From NCBI RefSeq assembly GCF_018350175.1, contig NC_058368.1, positions 116,686,001-116,750,000 of the forward strand: a stretch of 64,000 nucleotides of DNA, written 5' to 3'. The translations under genes and the position numbers were made by a program. Numbering within the stretch: position 1 is the stretch's first letter; every line of letters begins with the position of its first letter. The stretch is from Felis catus. Taxonomy: Eukaryota. The notes beneath the pieces are model-generated. The model was not told the origin of the DNA, searched no databases, and saw nothing but the letters and a program-made list of their open reading frames with translations. Shown one piece after another: positions 1 through 13,124 of this stretch.

Positions 1-20
1 TCCACATGATGGCGCTGGAA
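1..20 (+). promoter_or_regulatory. CSE / promoter CTCF site (pCBS) of variable exon 1
   Basis: tCCACATGATGGCGCTGgaa, CGCT core at 13, 233 bp upstream of the ATG. Matches the motif upstream of all eight exons. Confidence 0.85.
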
Positions 21-245
21 ACCGCAAGTTTGGTGGTGGTGGTTTTTTTTTTTTTTCCCCCCGAAAAAGGAATACAGTGAGTTTATTTTCCTTAGACAGA
101 AAGGAAAAAGGCCACTCCATTTTTTGCTCTGATGCTGAAGCTGAAAAGGTGAGCAAATAAAAAATTATAGCAAATTGGAAATTATGTTTCCAAAAGCTAT
201 CGTGTGGTAGTGCAATAGACATTTGAAAATTGCAACGAATTTGCG

Positions 246-2600
246 ATGGTATATTCTCAGAGGAGTCCAGGTTCCCGGCGCCTGCTGCTCTTGCTTCTGC
301 TTCTTACAGCCTTGGAGGCAGGGAGTGGCCACGTCCACTACTCGATCCCGGAGGAGGTCAAACACGGCACCTTCGTGGGCCGCATCGCCCAGGACCTGGG
401 GCTCGAGCTGGTGGAGCTAGTGCCACGCCTTTTCCGAGTGTCGTCCAAAGGTTATAGAGACCTTCTGGAAGTAAATCTGCAGAATGGCATTTTGTTTGTG
501 AATTCTCGGATCGACCGGGAGGAGCTGTGTGGGCGGAACGCGGAGTGCAGCATCCACCTGGAGGTGATCGTGGACAGGCCGCTGCAGGTTTTCCATGTGG
601 AAGTGGAGGTTAAGGACATTAACGACAACCCGCCCCGGTTCTTGCGTCGGGAACAAAGATTATTTATTTTAGAGTCAAGAATAGTAGATTCCCGGTTTCC
701 GCTAGAGGGCGCATCTGATATGGATGTCGGAGCAAACGCAGAATTGAAATACAAATTAAATCCTAATGAATATTTTGACTTGGATGTTAAAACAAACGAA
801 GAAGAAACAAACATTTTAGAGCTAGTATTGAAGAAAGCATTAGATAGAGAAGAAACCCAAGAACATCTTTTATTACTGACTGCAGTTGATGGAGGAAAAC
901 CTGAACTAACAGGTACAGTTCAATTATTGATCAGTGTATTGGATGCGAATGATAATGCCCCAAAATTTGATAAATCAGTTTATAATATAAGATTATTAGA
1001 AAATGCACCGAATGGGACTTTAGTTATTAAACTGAATGCCTCAGATGCAGATGATGGCATTAATAAGGAAATAGTGTACCTTTTTAGTAATCTTGTTCTT
1101 GATAACGTCAGATCTAAATTTATAATCGATTCAAATAGTGGGGAAATAACAGTTAAGGGAGAACTGGATTATGAAGACTGTAATTTATATGAAATTAATA
1201 TTGATGCTGTAGATAGAAGTTCATTCCCATTAACTGGACACTGCAAAGTTATAGTAAAACTTCTGGATGAGAATGATAATACCCCAGAGATGGTCATAAC
1301 TTCCATATCTCTGCCTGTTCAAGAAGACGCTTCACTGGGGACCGTCATTGCCCTGATCAGTCTGTCCGATCGCGACTCAGGTCCCAATGGGCAGGTGACC
1401 TGCACACTGTCACCCCATGTCCCCTTCAAGCTGGTGTCCACCTTCAAGAATTACTATTCGCTGGTGCTGGACAGCGCCCTGGACCGCGAGAGCGTGTCGG
1501 ACTATGCTCTAGTAGTGACAGCACGGGACGGGGGCTCGCCTTCGCTGTCGGCCACGGCCAGCGTGTCCGTGGAAGTGGCCGACGTGAACGACAACGCGCC
1601 GGCATTCGCGCAGGCCGAGTACACGGTGTTCGTGAAGGAGAACAACCCTCCCGGCTGCCACATCTTCACGGTGTCCGCGCGGGACGCGGACGCGCAGGAG
1701 AACGCGCTGGTGTCCTACTCGCTGGTGGAGCGGCGGGTGGGCGAGCGTGCGCTGTCGAGCTACGTGTCGGTGCACGCGGAGAGCGGCAAGGTGTACGCGC
1801 TGCAGCCGCTGGACCACGAGGAGCTGGAGCTGCTGCAGTTCCAAGTGAGCGCGCGCGACGCGGGCGTGCCCCCGCTGGGCAGCAACGTGACGCTGCAGGT
1901 GTTCGTGCTGGACGAGAACGACAACGCGCCCGCGCTGCTGCCGCTGCCTGGGGCGGGCGGCGCGGGCGGCGCCGTGAGCGAGCTGGTGTGGCGGTCGGTG
2001 GGCGCGGGCCACGTGGTGGCGAAGGTGCGCGCGGTGGATGCGGACTCGGGCTACAACGCGTGGCTGTCGTACGAGCTGCAGCCGGCGGCGGGTGGCGCGC
2101 GCAGCCCGTTCCGCGTGGCGCTGTACACGGGCGAGATCAGCACGACGCGCAGCCTGGACGAGGCGGACTCGCCGCGCCAGCGCCTGCTGGTGCTGGTGAG
2201 GGACCACGGCGAGCCGGCGCTGACGGCCACGGCCACCGTGCTGCTGTCGCTGGTGGAGAGCGGCCAGGCGCCCAAGGCCTCGTCGCGGGTGTTGGCGGGC
2301 GCCGCTGGCGCGGAGACGGCGCTGGTGGATGTCAACGTGTACCTGATCATCGCCATCTGCGCGGTGTCCAGCCTGCTGGTGCTCACGCTGCTGCTGTACG
2401 TGGCGCTGCGGTGCTCGGCGCCGCCCAGCGAGGGCGCGTGCGGGCCGGGGAAGCCCACGCTGGTGTGTTCCAGCGCGGTGGGGAGCTGGTCGTACTCGCA
2501 GCAGAGGCGGCAGAGGGTGTGCTCTGGGGAGGGTCCGCCCAAGACCGACCTCATGGCCTTCAGCCCCAGCCTACCTCAAGGTCCTGGCTCTGCAGACATC
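246..2600 (+). CDS. PCDHA5: Protocadherin alpha variable exon, PCDHA5-like (signal peptide, EC1-6, TM, variable cytoplasmic part)
   Basis: Open frame with DRE/DxNDN cadherin motifs. In-phase donor ATC|GTGAGT after 2600 (785 codons). EC2-3 ([27 protein letters not shown]) and tail PQGP resemble human PCDHA5 from memory. Unspliced read-through stops at 2639. Confidence 0.9.
699..712 (+). promoter_or_regulatory. Exonic CTCF site (eCBS), exon 1
   Basis: CCGCTAGAGGGCGC, a CTCF core-like motif overlapping the P-L-E-G-A codons at the start of EC2. Confidence 0.8.
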
Positions 2601-3055
2601 GTGAGTCTCAAAAATATTATTCACAAAAATTTTCGTTAAGTCTTTAATATTTAATATTTCCTTCCAACTTCTTTTTATTTTAAATTATGGTTTTATATTT
2701 GATTATTGTCTCATCATTTAGATGTAAATTCTCAATTGGTATTAATTCATTTACTTAAAATTGGTTATGGTTAGAATTCATTTTAGTTTGTTGCATATAA
2801 TCGCTTTGCACTAATGGATTTATTTCAGTAACATACCTCCCCTTTTTTAGGTTTTAAAAGTTGGAGTTAATGGACTAGTGTTCTTTGCACAATAGAAAGT
2901 GTTTCCAAAATTAAATTTTTAATAAATATTTTAATTTTCAATCTTTAGGAAATGTAGGAAGATACTTGTATGACATATTTGGTGGAGTTATTTATTTTCA
3001 AAGTCTCCTATTATGACAATGAATTTTTTTTACAGTGAAGTGTTTCTTTTAAAAT

Positions 3056-3910
3056 TATTTATTTTTTAATGTTTATTTTATTTTTTGAGAGAGATAGAGC
3101 ATGAGTGGAGGGGGAGGCAGAGAGAGAGGGAGACACAGAATCCGAAGCAGGCTCCAGGCTCTGAACTGTCTGAACAGAGCCTGACATGGGGCTCAAACTG
3201 CCGACTGTGAGATCGAGACCTGCGCCGAAGTTGGATGCTTAACTGACTGAGCCAGGCACCCCTTAACTTCCTTTTTAAGTAATATTTGTATACTGAATGA
3301 TTCTTTTCAGGTTTCTCTAAATGGTTGGCTTTCACATACTTATGATGAATTTGATATTTATGATTAATTTTTTAACTTTAGAGGCTTCATTTATTTTTGA
3401 ATATGAAATATACTTATATGGTTTACAGTGGTTTAAAATGTTTCCCTTCCAACTTCTGTATCAAGTCACTCGGTATACCTCCTTGAATATTTCTAAATTA
3501 AAAAAATTTTAATTGTTTTAGAGAGAGAGCACAAAAGCCGGGGAGAGGGAGAGAGTGAGAATCTTTAGCAGGCTCCACGCTCAGCACAGAGCCTGACATG
3601 GGGCTCAATCCCAGGACCCTGGGATCGCGACCTGAACTGACATCAAGAGTGGGACACTTAGTTGACTGAGCCAACCAGGCACCCCTTAACTTTAATTAGC
3701 TAATTCAATTTTTTAACGTTTATTTTTGAGAGAGAGACAGAGCATGAGCAGGGGAGGAGCAGAGAGAGAGGGAGACACAGAATCCAAAGCAGGTTCAAGG
3801 CTCTGAGTTTGTCAGCACAGAGCCTGATGTGGGGTCTGAACACATGAACTCTGAGATCATGACCTGAGCCTAAGCCAGACACTTAACCAACTGATCCACC
3901 CAGGTGCCCC
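3056..3910 (-). mobile_element. Three adjacent CanSINEs (~3056-3262, ~3505-3685, ~3709-3910)
   Basis: Each has a T-rich tail, a (GA)n tract and a reverse-complemented 5' end (gagcca..caggcacccc). The third has TSD taattagcta. Confidence 0.85.
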
Positions 3911-4926
3911 TAATTAGCTAGTTTTAAAGTTGATATTCAGAGGGACTCTTGACTTACAACAAAATTTATGAAAAATCTTAACTGCTCTAGAAAACCTTCA
4001 ACAATAAGACTGAAAGCTAATATATCTTTTCTCAAAGCTAATTGCCTGCAAGCAAAGGAAAATTTCATTTGGATGTTATTATTCGTTAGCATATGAACTC
4101 TTTGTGTACCCACACTAAACGCAATAGAAATTCAGCAATAGGGAGTATTAGATAGATCTAGATTAATTAGTTTAAGATGATGCTTCTCATCTTGGTATTA
4201 CAGTAGTCTGTGAGGATTTTGCAAGTATATGAGAATTTTGGAGCATGGGTGGTGGTATGTGTCCATTTGACAAATCCTTTTGTGACTCTCATTTTCTCAT
4301 TTTGAGGAAGAGTTTAATCATCTCCAGCTGATAACATTACAGATGAATTCATGGTAAAATTTACATTTGGGCTTGACTTTGATATCAGGATAACATTTTT
4401 ATAGGTAAAGAGAGAGGTAATTTTAGAAACACTTTGAACAAAGGTTGCACTGACGAAGAAGACAAGGAGGTGATCTATTTCGTCTGCAAAATAGAATTCA
4501 CATTGGAGAGTAGTCGAAAATAAAACTGGGAATGTTGGTTTTGATCCCATCTCAGGTCGTGTAGAAGTTATTCTAATGTCATGGAATTTCTACCTTTAAC
4601 TTTACTCATGAAAATAAATATGGTAGTATGTGAAAGAAAAGACAGATGGACTGTTGACAGACTTTGAATAGGGCAAGTAAGGGATGAGGACTGATAAAAA
4701 ATTCATACAGGTGACATGTACAATGTTCACTGCATTAAATCAAAATGAGAATTTCAAGGGTTTGAATTTGGGGGTTGTTAATGATGTCTCTTCATAATCT
4801 TCAAAGTGTAATCAAATTATTTTCTGAGAGTCATCACCATGCATTGGTAAAAATGTCAATGAGAACCATAGAAAGAGGGAAGGAAGATGTGGGTTTGGGA
4901 ATAACTTCAATAAAAGTCTTATTTGA

Positions 4927-5150
4927 GGGGCGCCTGGGTGGCGCAGTCGGTTAAGCGTCCGACTTCAGCCAGGTCACGATCTCGCGGTCCGTGAGTTCGG
5001 CTCCGCGTCGGGCTCTGGGCTGATGGCTCAGAGCCTGGAGCCTGTTTCCGATTCTGTGTCTCCCTCTCTCTCTGCCCCTCCCCCGTTCATGCTCTGTCTC
5101 TCGTTGTCCCCCCAAAAAATAAATAAACGTTGAAAAAAAGTTAAAAAAAA
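4927..5150 (+). mobile_element. Young felid CanSINE (SINEC_Fc-like)
   Basis: GGGGCGCCTGGGTGGCGCAGTCGGTTAAGCGTCCGACTTCAGCC head with CpGs retained, (CT)n tract, A tail, TSD aaaagtcttatttga (4912-4926 / 5147-5161). Confidence 0.92.
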
Positions 5151-5410
5151 GTCTTATTTGAAACATTGGAAATGGATGAGGACACTTAAAGGAAAGCATA
5201 TACAAAGTTAAGATTGAGAGAAAAGGGTGAACTCATTTAGGAGTAGCTGAAGGATCAGAGCAGCAAAGAACTATGGGTAGATATTCCACTAGAATTTGCA
5301 AGAATCAAGTATGTTAAGGAAAATTTGTTGAAGGGGAGGCCTAATATAAGCTGCCGGGAAATTTAGAAATGGAAAGAATATGCACTAAAATTTTCATCTT
5401 CCATCATTAA

Positions 5411-5432
5411 TTTTTTTTAATGTTTATTTATT

Positions 5433-5467
<35 letters not shown>

Positions 5468-5631
5468 ACGAGCAGGGGAGGAGCAGAGAGAGAGGGAGAC
5501 AGAATCAGAAGCAGGCTCCAGGCTCTGAGCTGTCAGCACAGAGCCCAATGTGGGGCTCAAACTCAGGAACTGGAAGATCATGACCTGAGCTGAAGTCTGA
5601 CGCTTAACCCAGTGAGCCACCCAGGCGCCCC
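5411..5631 (-). mobile_element. CanSINE
   Basis: T tail, (GA)n, ends gagccacccaggcgcccc. TSD catcttccat on both sides. Confidence 0.88.
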
Positions 5632-6121
5632 CATCTTCCATTATTAAGTAAAAGAAACAGTCTTAGGAGTATTTGATATTCACTGAAAAAAGAAATAATG
5701 GACTGCAATCTATAAGATTTTTTAAATGTGGATAAAATTTGTTAATTTAAAATTACATTCTTTTCCCACAGCAAAATATAATAACATATCCTGTAACAGA
5801 AGAATATGCACAAGTTTCTTCTCTACATAAAGAGATTAGGATATTTTGCACTTCTAATTCCCAGGCTTACTTCAGATCACAAATTTTCTAACCTGGTTGA
5901 TAACAGTAATTAAATTATTGGGAGAAAGTTGTTTCTCTATGAATTATCTGATCCCTTACCCTAGTCTAAATTCATAAAAGAAGTCAGACGAGATGAAAAT
6001 GGCTCTGAAAATTACAAACATAAGGAGATTTACTATTAAATTAAGGCAAAATAAGATTTTTTTTTAATTTAAAGGACTATAGCGTAGCGAAGTTATGTGA
6101 ATTCATTTCTTACCCTTTGTA

Positions 6122-6141
6122 GTCGCATGATGTCGCTGTCC
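6122..6141 (+). promoter_or_regulatory. CSE / pCBS of exon 2
   Basis: gtCGCATGATGTCGCTGtcc, CGCT at 6134, 185 bp upstream of ATG 6319. Confidence 0.85.
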
Positions 6142-6318
6142 ACCATGAAGTTAATCTAGTTGTTACAGTATTCAAAATTCATTCCTTCTGTTACTGCTTG
6201 GTTCCCTAAGCGCTGAGTGATGGCAGGCGCAGAATTGGATTAACAGAGTCGGATCATACAATATTTCATCTTAATGACGAGGCAAGATCTTCTGATGGAA
6301 ATAAAACAAGTATTTGAC

Positions 6319-8715
6319 ATGGTTATTACCCTGGAAGGCCCACTGGGATCTCGGTGTCTGCTGCTCTCGCTTCTGCTGTTCGTAGCCTGGGAGGAGGGCA
6401 GCTGCCAGGTTCAGTACTCGGTCCCGGAGGAGGCTAAACATGGCACCTTCGTGGGCCGCATCGCCCAGGACCTGGGGCTGGAGCTGGCGGAGCTGGTGCC
6501 GCGCCTTTTCCGAGTGGAGTCCAAAGGCCGCGGGGATCTTCTCGAGGTAAATCTGCAGAATGGCATTTTGTTTGTGAATTCTCGGATCGACCGGGAGGAG
6601 CTGTGTGGGCGAAACGCGGAGTGCAGCATCCACCTGGAGGTGATCGTGGACAGGCCGCTGCAGGTTTTCCATGTGGAAGTGGTGGTGAAGGACATTAATG
6701 ACAACCCGCCTGTGTTTCGTTTAAAGGAACAAAGAGTGCTGATTTACGAATCAAGGCTGCCAGATTCTCTGTTTCCACTAGAGGGCGCGTCAGATGCGGA
6801 TGTTGGCTCAAATTCTCTTTTAACCTATAGACTCAGTTCCAGCGAATACTTCTCCCTAGATGTGAAAACCAACAGTGATGACAATACACAAATTGGGCTC
6901 GTATTAAAGAAATCCTTGGACAGAGAGGAAGCTCCCGAACATAACTTATTTCTGACAGCCACTGACGGAGGCAAACCTGAACTCACAGGCACTGTTCAGC
7001 TGCTGGTCACTGTGCTGGACGTGAATGACAATGCTCCCGATTTCGAACAGACTGAATATGAAGTAAGAATATTCGAAAACTCGGGTAATGGAACAATAGT
7101 AATCAGACTTAATGCTTCTGATCGGGATGAAGGAGTGAATGGGGAGATTTCATACTCTTTTAATAGTCTCGTTCCAACCATGGTTAGCGACCAGTTTAAA
7201 ATAGATCCAAATACTGGAGAAATAGTACTTAGAGGGAATTTAGATTTTGAAAAAGTGAATTTATACAAAATTCGTATTGACGCGACGGACAAAGGCCACC
7301 CACCCATGGCTGGCCATTGCACCGTTTTATTGAAGGTTTTGGATGAAAATGATAATGTCCCTCAGATTGCATTGACTTCTTTATCCTTACCTGTCCGAGA
7401 GGACGCTCAGTTAGGTACTGTGATTGCCCTCATTAGCGTGTCAGATCTCGACTCCGGTGCCAACGGCCAGGTGACCTGCTTTCTGACGCCCCATGTCCCC
7501 TTCAAGCTGGTGTCCACCTTCAAGAATTACTATTCGCTGGTGCTGGACAGCGCCCTGGACCGCGAGAGCGTGTCGGACTATGCTCTAGTAGTGACAGCAC
7601 GGGACGGGGGCTCGCCTTCGCTGTCGGCCACGGCCAGCGTGTCCGTGGAAGTGGCCGACGTGAACGACAACGCGCCGACATTCGCGCAGGCCGAGTACAC
7701 GGTGTTCGTGAAGGAGAACAACCCTCCCGGCTGCCACATCTTCACGGTGTCCGCGCGGGACGCGGACGCGCAGGAGAACGCGCTGGTGTCCTACTCGCTG
7801 GTGGAGCGGCGGGTGGGCGAGCGTGCGCTGTCGAGCTACGTGTCGGTGCACGCGGAGAGCGGCAAGGTGTACGCGCTGCAGCCGCTGGACCACGAGGAGC
7901 TGGAGCTGCTGCAGTTCCAAGTGAGCGCGCGCGACGCGGGCGTGCCCCCGCTGGGCAGCAACGTGACGCTGCAGGTGTTCGTGCTAGACGAGAACGACAA
8001 CGCGCCCGCGCTGCTGCCGCTGCCTGGGGCGGGCGGCGCGGGCGGCGCCGTGAGCGAGCTGGTGTGGCGGTCGGTGGGCGCGGGCCACGTGGTGGCGAAG
8101 GTGCGCGCGGTGGACGCGGACTCGGGCTACAACGCGTGGCTGTCGTACGAGCTGCAGCCGGCGGCGGGTGGCGCGCGCAGCCCGTTCCGCGTGGCGCTGT
8201 ACACGGGCGAGATCAGCACGACGCGCAGCCTGGACGAGGCGGACTCGCCGCGCCAGCGCCTGCTGGTGCTGGTGAGGGACCACGGCGAGCCGGCGCTGAC
8301 GGCCACGGCCACCGTGCTGCTGTCGCTGGTGGAGAGCGGCCAGGCGCCCAAGGCCTCGTCGCGGGTGTTGGCGGGCGCCGCTGGCGCGGAGACGGCGCTG
8401 GTGGATGTCAACGTGTACCTGATCATCGCCATCTGCGCGGTGTCCAGCCTGCTGGTGCTCACGCTGCTGCTGTACGTGGCGCTGCGGTGCTCGGCGCCGC
8501 CCAGCGAGGGCGCGTGCGGGCCGGGGAAGCCCACGCTGGTGTGTTCCAGCGCGGTGGGGAGCTGGTCGTACTCGCAGCAGAGGCGGCAGAGGGTGTGCTC
8601 TGGGGAGGGTCCGCCCAAGACCGACCTCATGGCTTTTAGCCCTGGCCATCCACCCTGTCCATTAGTGGGTGATACGAGCCAACATCAGGATTTAAATGAT
8701 GATCATGGTGCCAAG
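6319..8715 (+). CDS. PCDHA6: Protocadherin alpha variable exon, PCDHA6-like
   Basis: ATG 6319 precedes the signal peptide (in-frame upstream ATGs also exist). Donor AAG|GTAAGT after 8715 (799 codons). [23 protein letters not shown] and tail [10 protein letters not shown] resemble human A6. Confidence 0.9.
6775..6788 (+). promoter_or_regulatory. eCBS, exon 2
   Basis: CCACTAGAGGGCGC, a textbook CTCF core. Confidence 0.85.
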
Positions 8716-9159
8716 GTAAGTCTGAATTTTCATAATTAACATTTAATATATACTTGAAATGTTAAATTGTTTCCCAAGAATTTTTTATGTTTTCCTATTT
8801 GTAAAAATTGGAATACATTTACTTAAAATACATCTGTTCATTATTTGGTTAACTATCGTAATCTATGTGGTTTGTTACTGGTCTTAATTTAAACTGGAAC
8901 GAGACTTTCTGTTTGTGGTGTTTCCTTTAATTGTGATAAACATTTTTTTCTAATTAATTCTGTAGAATTTTTCATTTCTTTGTGTTTGATCCAAATAGTG
9001 TAGAAAGAGAAATTCAAGGGAATTTGCACTTTGAGCAAGTAAATTCATATAAAATATGCATTCCTCAGGCACTGCAAATCTCTTGAAAAAGTAAATTTTG
9101 AAAAATCTCTTATTTTGAATTTTATTTGGTGAGTTGCTTTTCAAGGAGAGCTATTTCTT

Positions 9160-12100
9160 TAAAAATTTTTTAAATTTAAATTCCAGTTAGTTAACATACA
9201 GAGTTACATTAGTTTCAGGTGTACAACTTAGTGATTCAATATTTTCATACAATACCGGATGCTCATCACAAGTGCACTCCTTAATCCCTATCATCTATTT
9301 AGCCCTATGGTAAACATCAGTTTGCTCTCTATAGTTAAGGGTCTGTTTCTTGATTTGCTTCTTTCTTTTTTCCCCTTTTCTCTTCGTTTTGTTTCTTAAA
9401 TTGCACATATGAATGAAATCATATCGTATTGGTCTTTCTCTGACTTATTTTTCTTAGCATAATACTCTAGCTCCATCCACCTTGTTGCAAATGGCAAGAT
9501 TTCATTCTTTTTATGGCTGAGTAATATTCCATCGTGAATCTATGTACCACATTTTCTTTATCCATTCATCAGTTGAAGGACACTTGGGCTGTTTCCATAC
9601 TTTGCCTATTGTAGATAATGCTGCTGTAAACATCAGTGTGCATGTATCCCTTTGAATTATTATTTTTGTATTCTTTGGTAAATACCTAGTAGTGCAATTG
9701 CTGGGTAATAGGGTAGTTCTATTTTGAACTTTTGGAGGAATCTCCATACTGTTTTCCAGAGTGGCTGCACCAGTTTGCATTCTCACCAGCAGTGTAGGAG
9801 GGTTCCCCTTTCTTCACATCCTTGTCAACACCCGTGGTTTCTTGTGTTTTTGATTGTAGACATTCTGACATGTATGCCATGATATCTCATTATAGTTTTG
9901 ATTTGTATTTCCCTGACTGTGAGTGATATTGAGCATCTTTTCTTTTGTCTTTGGGCCATATGGATGTCTATTTTGGAAAAATGTCTATTCATGTCTTCTG
10001 CCCATTTTAAATCAGATTATTCATTTTGGGGTGTTGAGTTTTATAAGTACTTCCTATATTTGGATATCAACCCTTTATTAGATATGTCATTTGCAAATAT
10101 CTTCCCCATTCTGCAGGTTGCCTTTTACTTTTGTTGACTGATTCCTTCACTTACCAGAAGTTTTTGTTTTGATGAAGTTCCAATGGTTTATTTTGCTTTT
10201 GTTTCCCTTGCCTCAGTTGACATATCTAGAAAGAACTTGCTATTGGTCATGTCAAAAAGGTTACTACTTGCGTTCTCCTCTAGGATTTTCACAGTTTCAG
10301 GTCTATCATTTAGGTCTTTAATCTACTTTGAATTTATTTTTGTGTATTATTTTGTGTAAGAAAGTGGTCCAATTTGTTCTTTTGCATGTTATCATCCGGT
10401 TTTCCCGACACCATTTGTTGAAGAGACTTTTTTCCCTTGGATATTATTTTCTTCTTTGTCAAAGATTAATTGACCATTTAGTTGTGGGTTCATTTCTGGG
10501 TTTTCTATTCTGTTCTGTTGATCTCTGTGTCTATTTTTGTACCAATACCATACTGTCTTGATCACTACAGGTTTGGAATATAACTTGAAGTCCAGAGATG
10601 TGATGCCTCCAGCTTTGGTTTTATTTTTCAAGGTTGCTTTGGCTCTTCAGGGTCTTTTGTGACCTAAAATGTAAATTTTTGGATTATTTGTTCCTGCTCT
10701 ATGAAAAATGCTGCTGATATTTTGTTAGGGATTGCATTATATGTGTAGATTGCACTGGGTAGTTTTGACATTTTAACAATATTTGTTCTTTGAATCCATG
10801 AGCAGGGAATGTCTTTCCATTTCTTTGTGTCATCGTCAATTTCTTTCACAAGTGTTTTATAGTTTTCACAGTACAGGTATTTTACCCCTTTGGTTAGGTT
10901 TATTCCTAGGCATCTTATTGGTTTTGATGTAAGTGTGAATGAGATTGATTCCTTAATTTCTCTTTCTGCTATTTCATTATTGGTGTATAGAAATGCAACA
11001 GATTTCTGCACGTTAATTTTGTGTCTTGCGACCTTACTGAATTTGTGTATCATTTCTAACAGTTTTTTCGTGGAGTCTTTCAGGTTTCCTACATAGAGTA
11101 TCAAGTCATCTGCAAATAGTCAAAGTTTGACTTCTTCCTTGCTGATTTGGATGCCTTTTATTTCTTTTTGTTGTCTGACTGCTGTGGCTGGGACTTCCAG
11201 TACTATGTTAAATAACAGTAGTGAGAGTGAACATCCTTATCTTTTTCATGACTGTAGAGGAAAAGCTCTCAGTTTTTCCTCACTGAGAATATTAGCTGTG
11301 GGTTTTTAACATATGGCCTTTATTATGTTGAGATATATTCCCTCTAAACCTACTTTGTTGAGAGTTTTTATCATGAGTGGATTTTGTGCTTTGTCAAATG
11401 CTTTTTCTGCATCTACTGAAAGGATCATATGGTTCTTATTCTTTATTTTTGGGGTGTATTACATTGATTTATAAATAAATTAAAGTAATATTCTTTATTA
11501 ATGGGGTATATTACATTGATTGATTTGTAAATATTGAACCACCTTGCAACCTAAGAATAAATCCCACTTGATCATGGTGAATGATTTTTTTTTAATGTAT
11601 TGTTGGATTCAGCCTCATAGAATAAGTTTGGAAGTTTTCTTTACCTTTCCGTTTTTTCAAATAGTTTGAGAAGAATAGGTATTAACTCTTCTTTTTTTTT
11701 TAACTTTTGTATTCCCATCTTTTTTTTTTTTAATATTTATTTATTTTTGAAAGAGAGAGAGACACACACACACAGTGTGAGTAGGGGAGGGGCAGAGAGA
11801 GAGGGAGACAGAATCTGAAGAAGGCTCCAGGCTCCAAGCTGTCAGCATAGAGCCCAGTGTGGAACGTGAACTCATGAACTGTGAGATCATGACCTGAGCT
11901 GAAGTTGGACACTTAACTCACTGAGCCACCCACTCACCCCTATTAACTCTTCTTTAAATGTTTGGTAGAATTTGCCTTGAAGCCATCTGCCCTGGACTTT
12001 TGTTTCTTGGGAGTTTTTTGATTACTGATTCCATTTCTTTGCCATTTCAGAAATAGGTCTGTTCAAGTTTTCTGTTTCTTCCTATTTCAGTTTTGGTAAT

Positions 12101-13120
12101 TATATGTTTCTAGGAATTTATCCATCTCTTTCAGGTTGTCCAATTTATTGGCATATAGTTTTTCATAACATTCTCTTATAATTGTTTGTATTTATGTGGT
12201 GTTGGTTGTTATTTCTCCTCTCTGTGATTTTTAAAAATTTGGGTCTTTTCTCTTTTCTTTCTGATAAGTCTGCCTAGACGTTTATGAATTTTATTAATGT
12301 TTTCAAAGAACCAGCTTCTGGTTTCATTGATCTGTTCTATTGTTTTTCTCTTTTTTTAAGTTTGTATATCATTTATTTCTGCTCTAATCTCTCCTATTTC
12401 CCTCCATCAGTTGGCTTTAGGCTTCATTTATTGTTCTTCCTCTAGCTCCTTTAGGTGTAAGTTCAGGCTGTTTATTTGAGATTTTTTCTTGCTTCTTAAG
12501 GTAACCCTGTATTGCTATATACTTTTTTTCTTAGGACAGCTTTTGCTGCATCGCCAAGGTTTTGGACCATCGTTTGTTTCTATGTATTTTTAAAAATCTC
12601 TTCTTTGATTTCCTGGTTGACCCATTCAATGTGTATCATCATGATGTTTAACCTCCCTGTATTTGTGGTCTTTCCAGATTTTTCTTGTGGTTGACTTCTA
12701 GTTTCATAGTGTTCTGGTTAGAAAAGGTGCATGGTGTGATTTCAGTCTTTTTATATTTGTTGAGGCTTGATTTGTGACCTAATAAGTGATCTATTCTGGA
12801 GAATGTTCCATGTGCACTCCAGAAGAATGTGAATTCTACTGCTTTAGGATGGAATGTTCTGAATATAACTGTTAAGTCCATCTGGTCCAATGTGTCATTT
12901 AAAGCCATTGTTTCCTTGTTTATTTTCTGTTTAAATGATCTGTCCATTGATATAAGTGGGGTGGTAAAGTCCCCTACTGTTATTGCATTCTTATCAATTA
13001 GTTCCCTTATATTTGTTATTAGTTGTTTTACATATTTGGGTGCTTTCACGTTGGGTGCATAAATATTTACAATTGTTAGATCTTCTTGGATTGTCTCCTT
13101 CATTATGATATAGTACCCTC
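9160..13120 (-). mobile_element. LINE-1 fragment (3' UTR plus degraded ORF2), interrupted by a SINE
   Basis: Minus-strand ORF pieces match L1 ORF2 ([44 protein letters not shown] of the endonuclease domain). Multiple frameshifts. Confidence 0.92.
11692..11940 (-). mobile_element. CanSINE inserted in the L1
   Basis: TSD tattaactcttcttt at ~11680 and 11941. Confidence 0.88.
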
Positions 13121-13124
13121 CTTT

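Noticed and set aside
30..62. (GGT)n / T-run / C-run next to the first CSE
   Set aside because: Simple-sequence tract not shared by the other promoters; no evidence of function.
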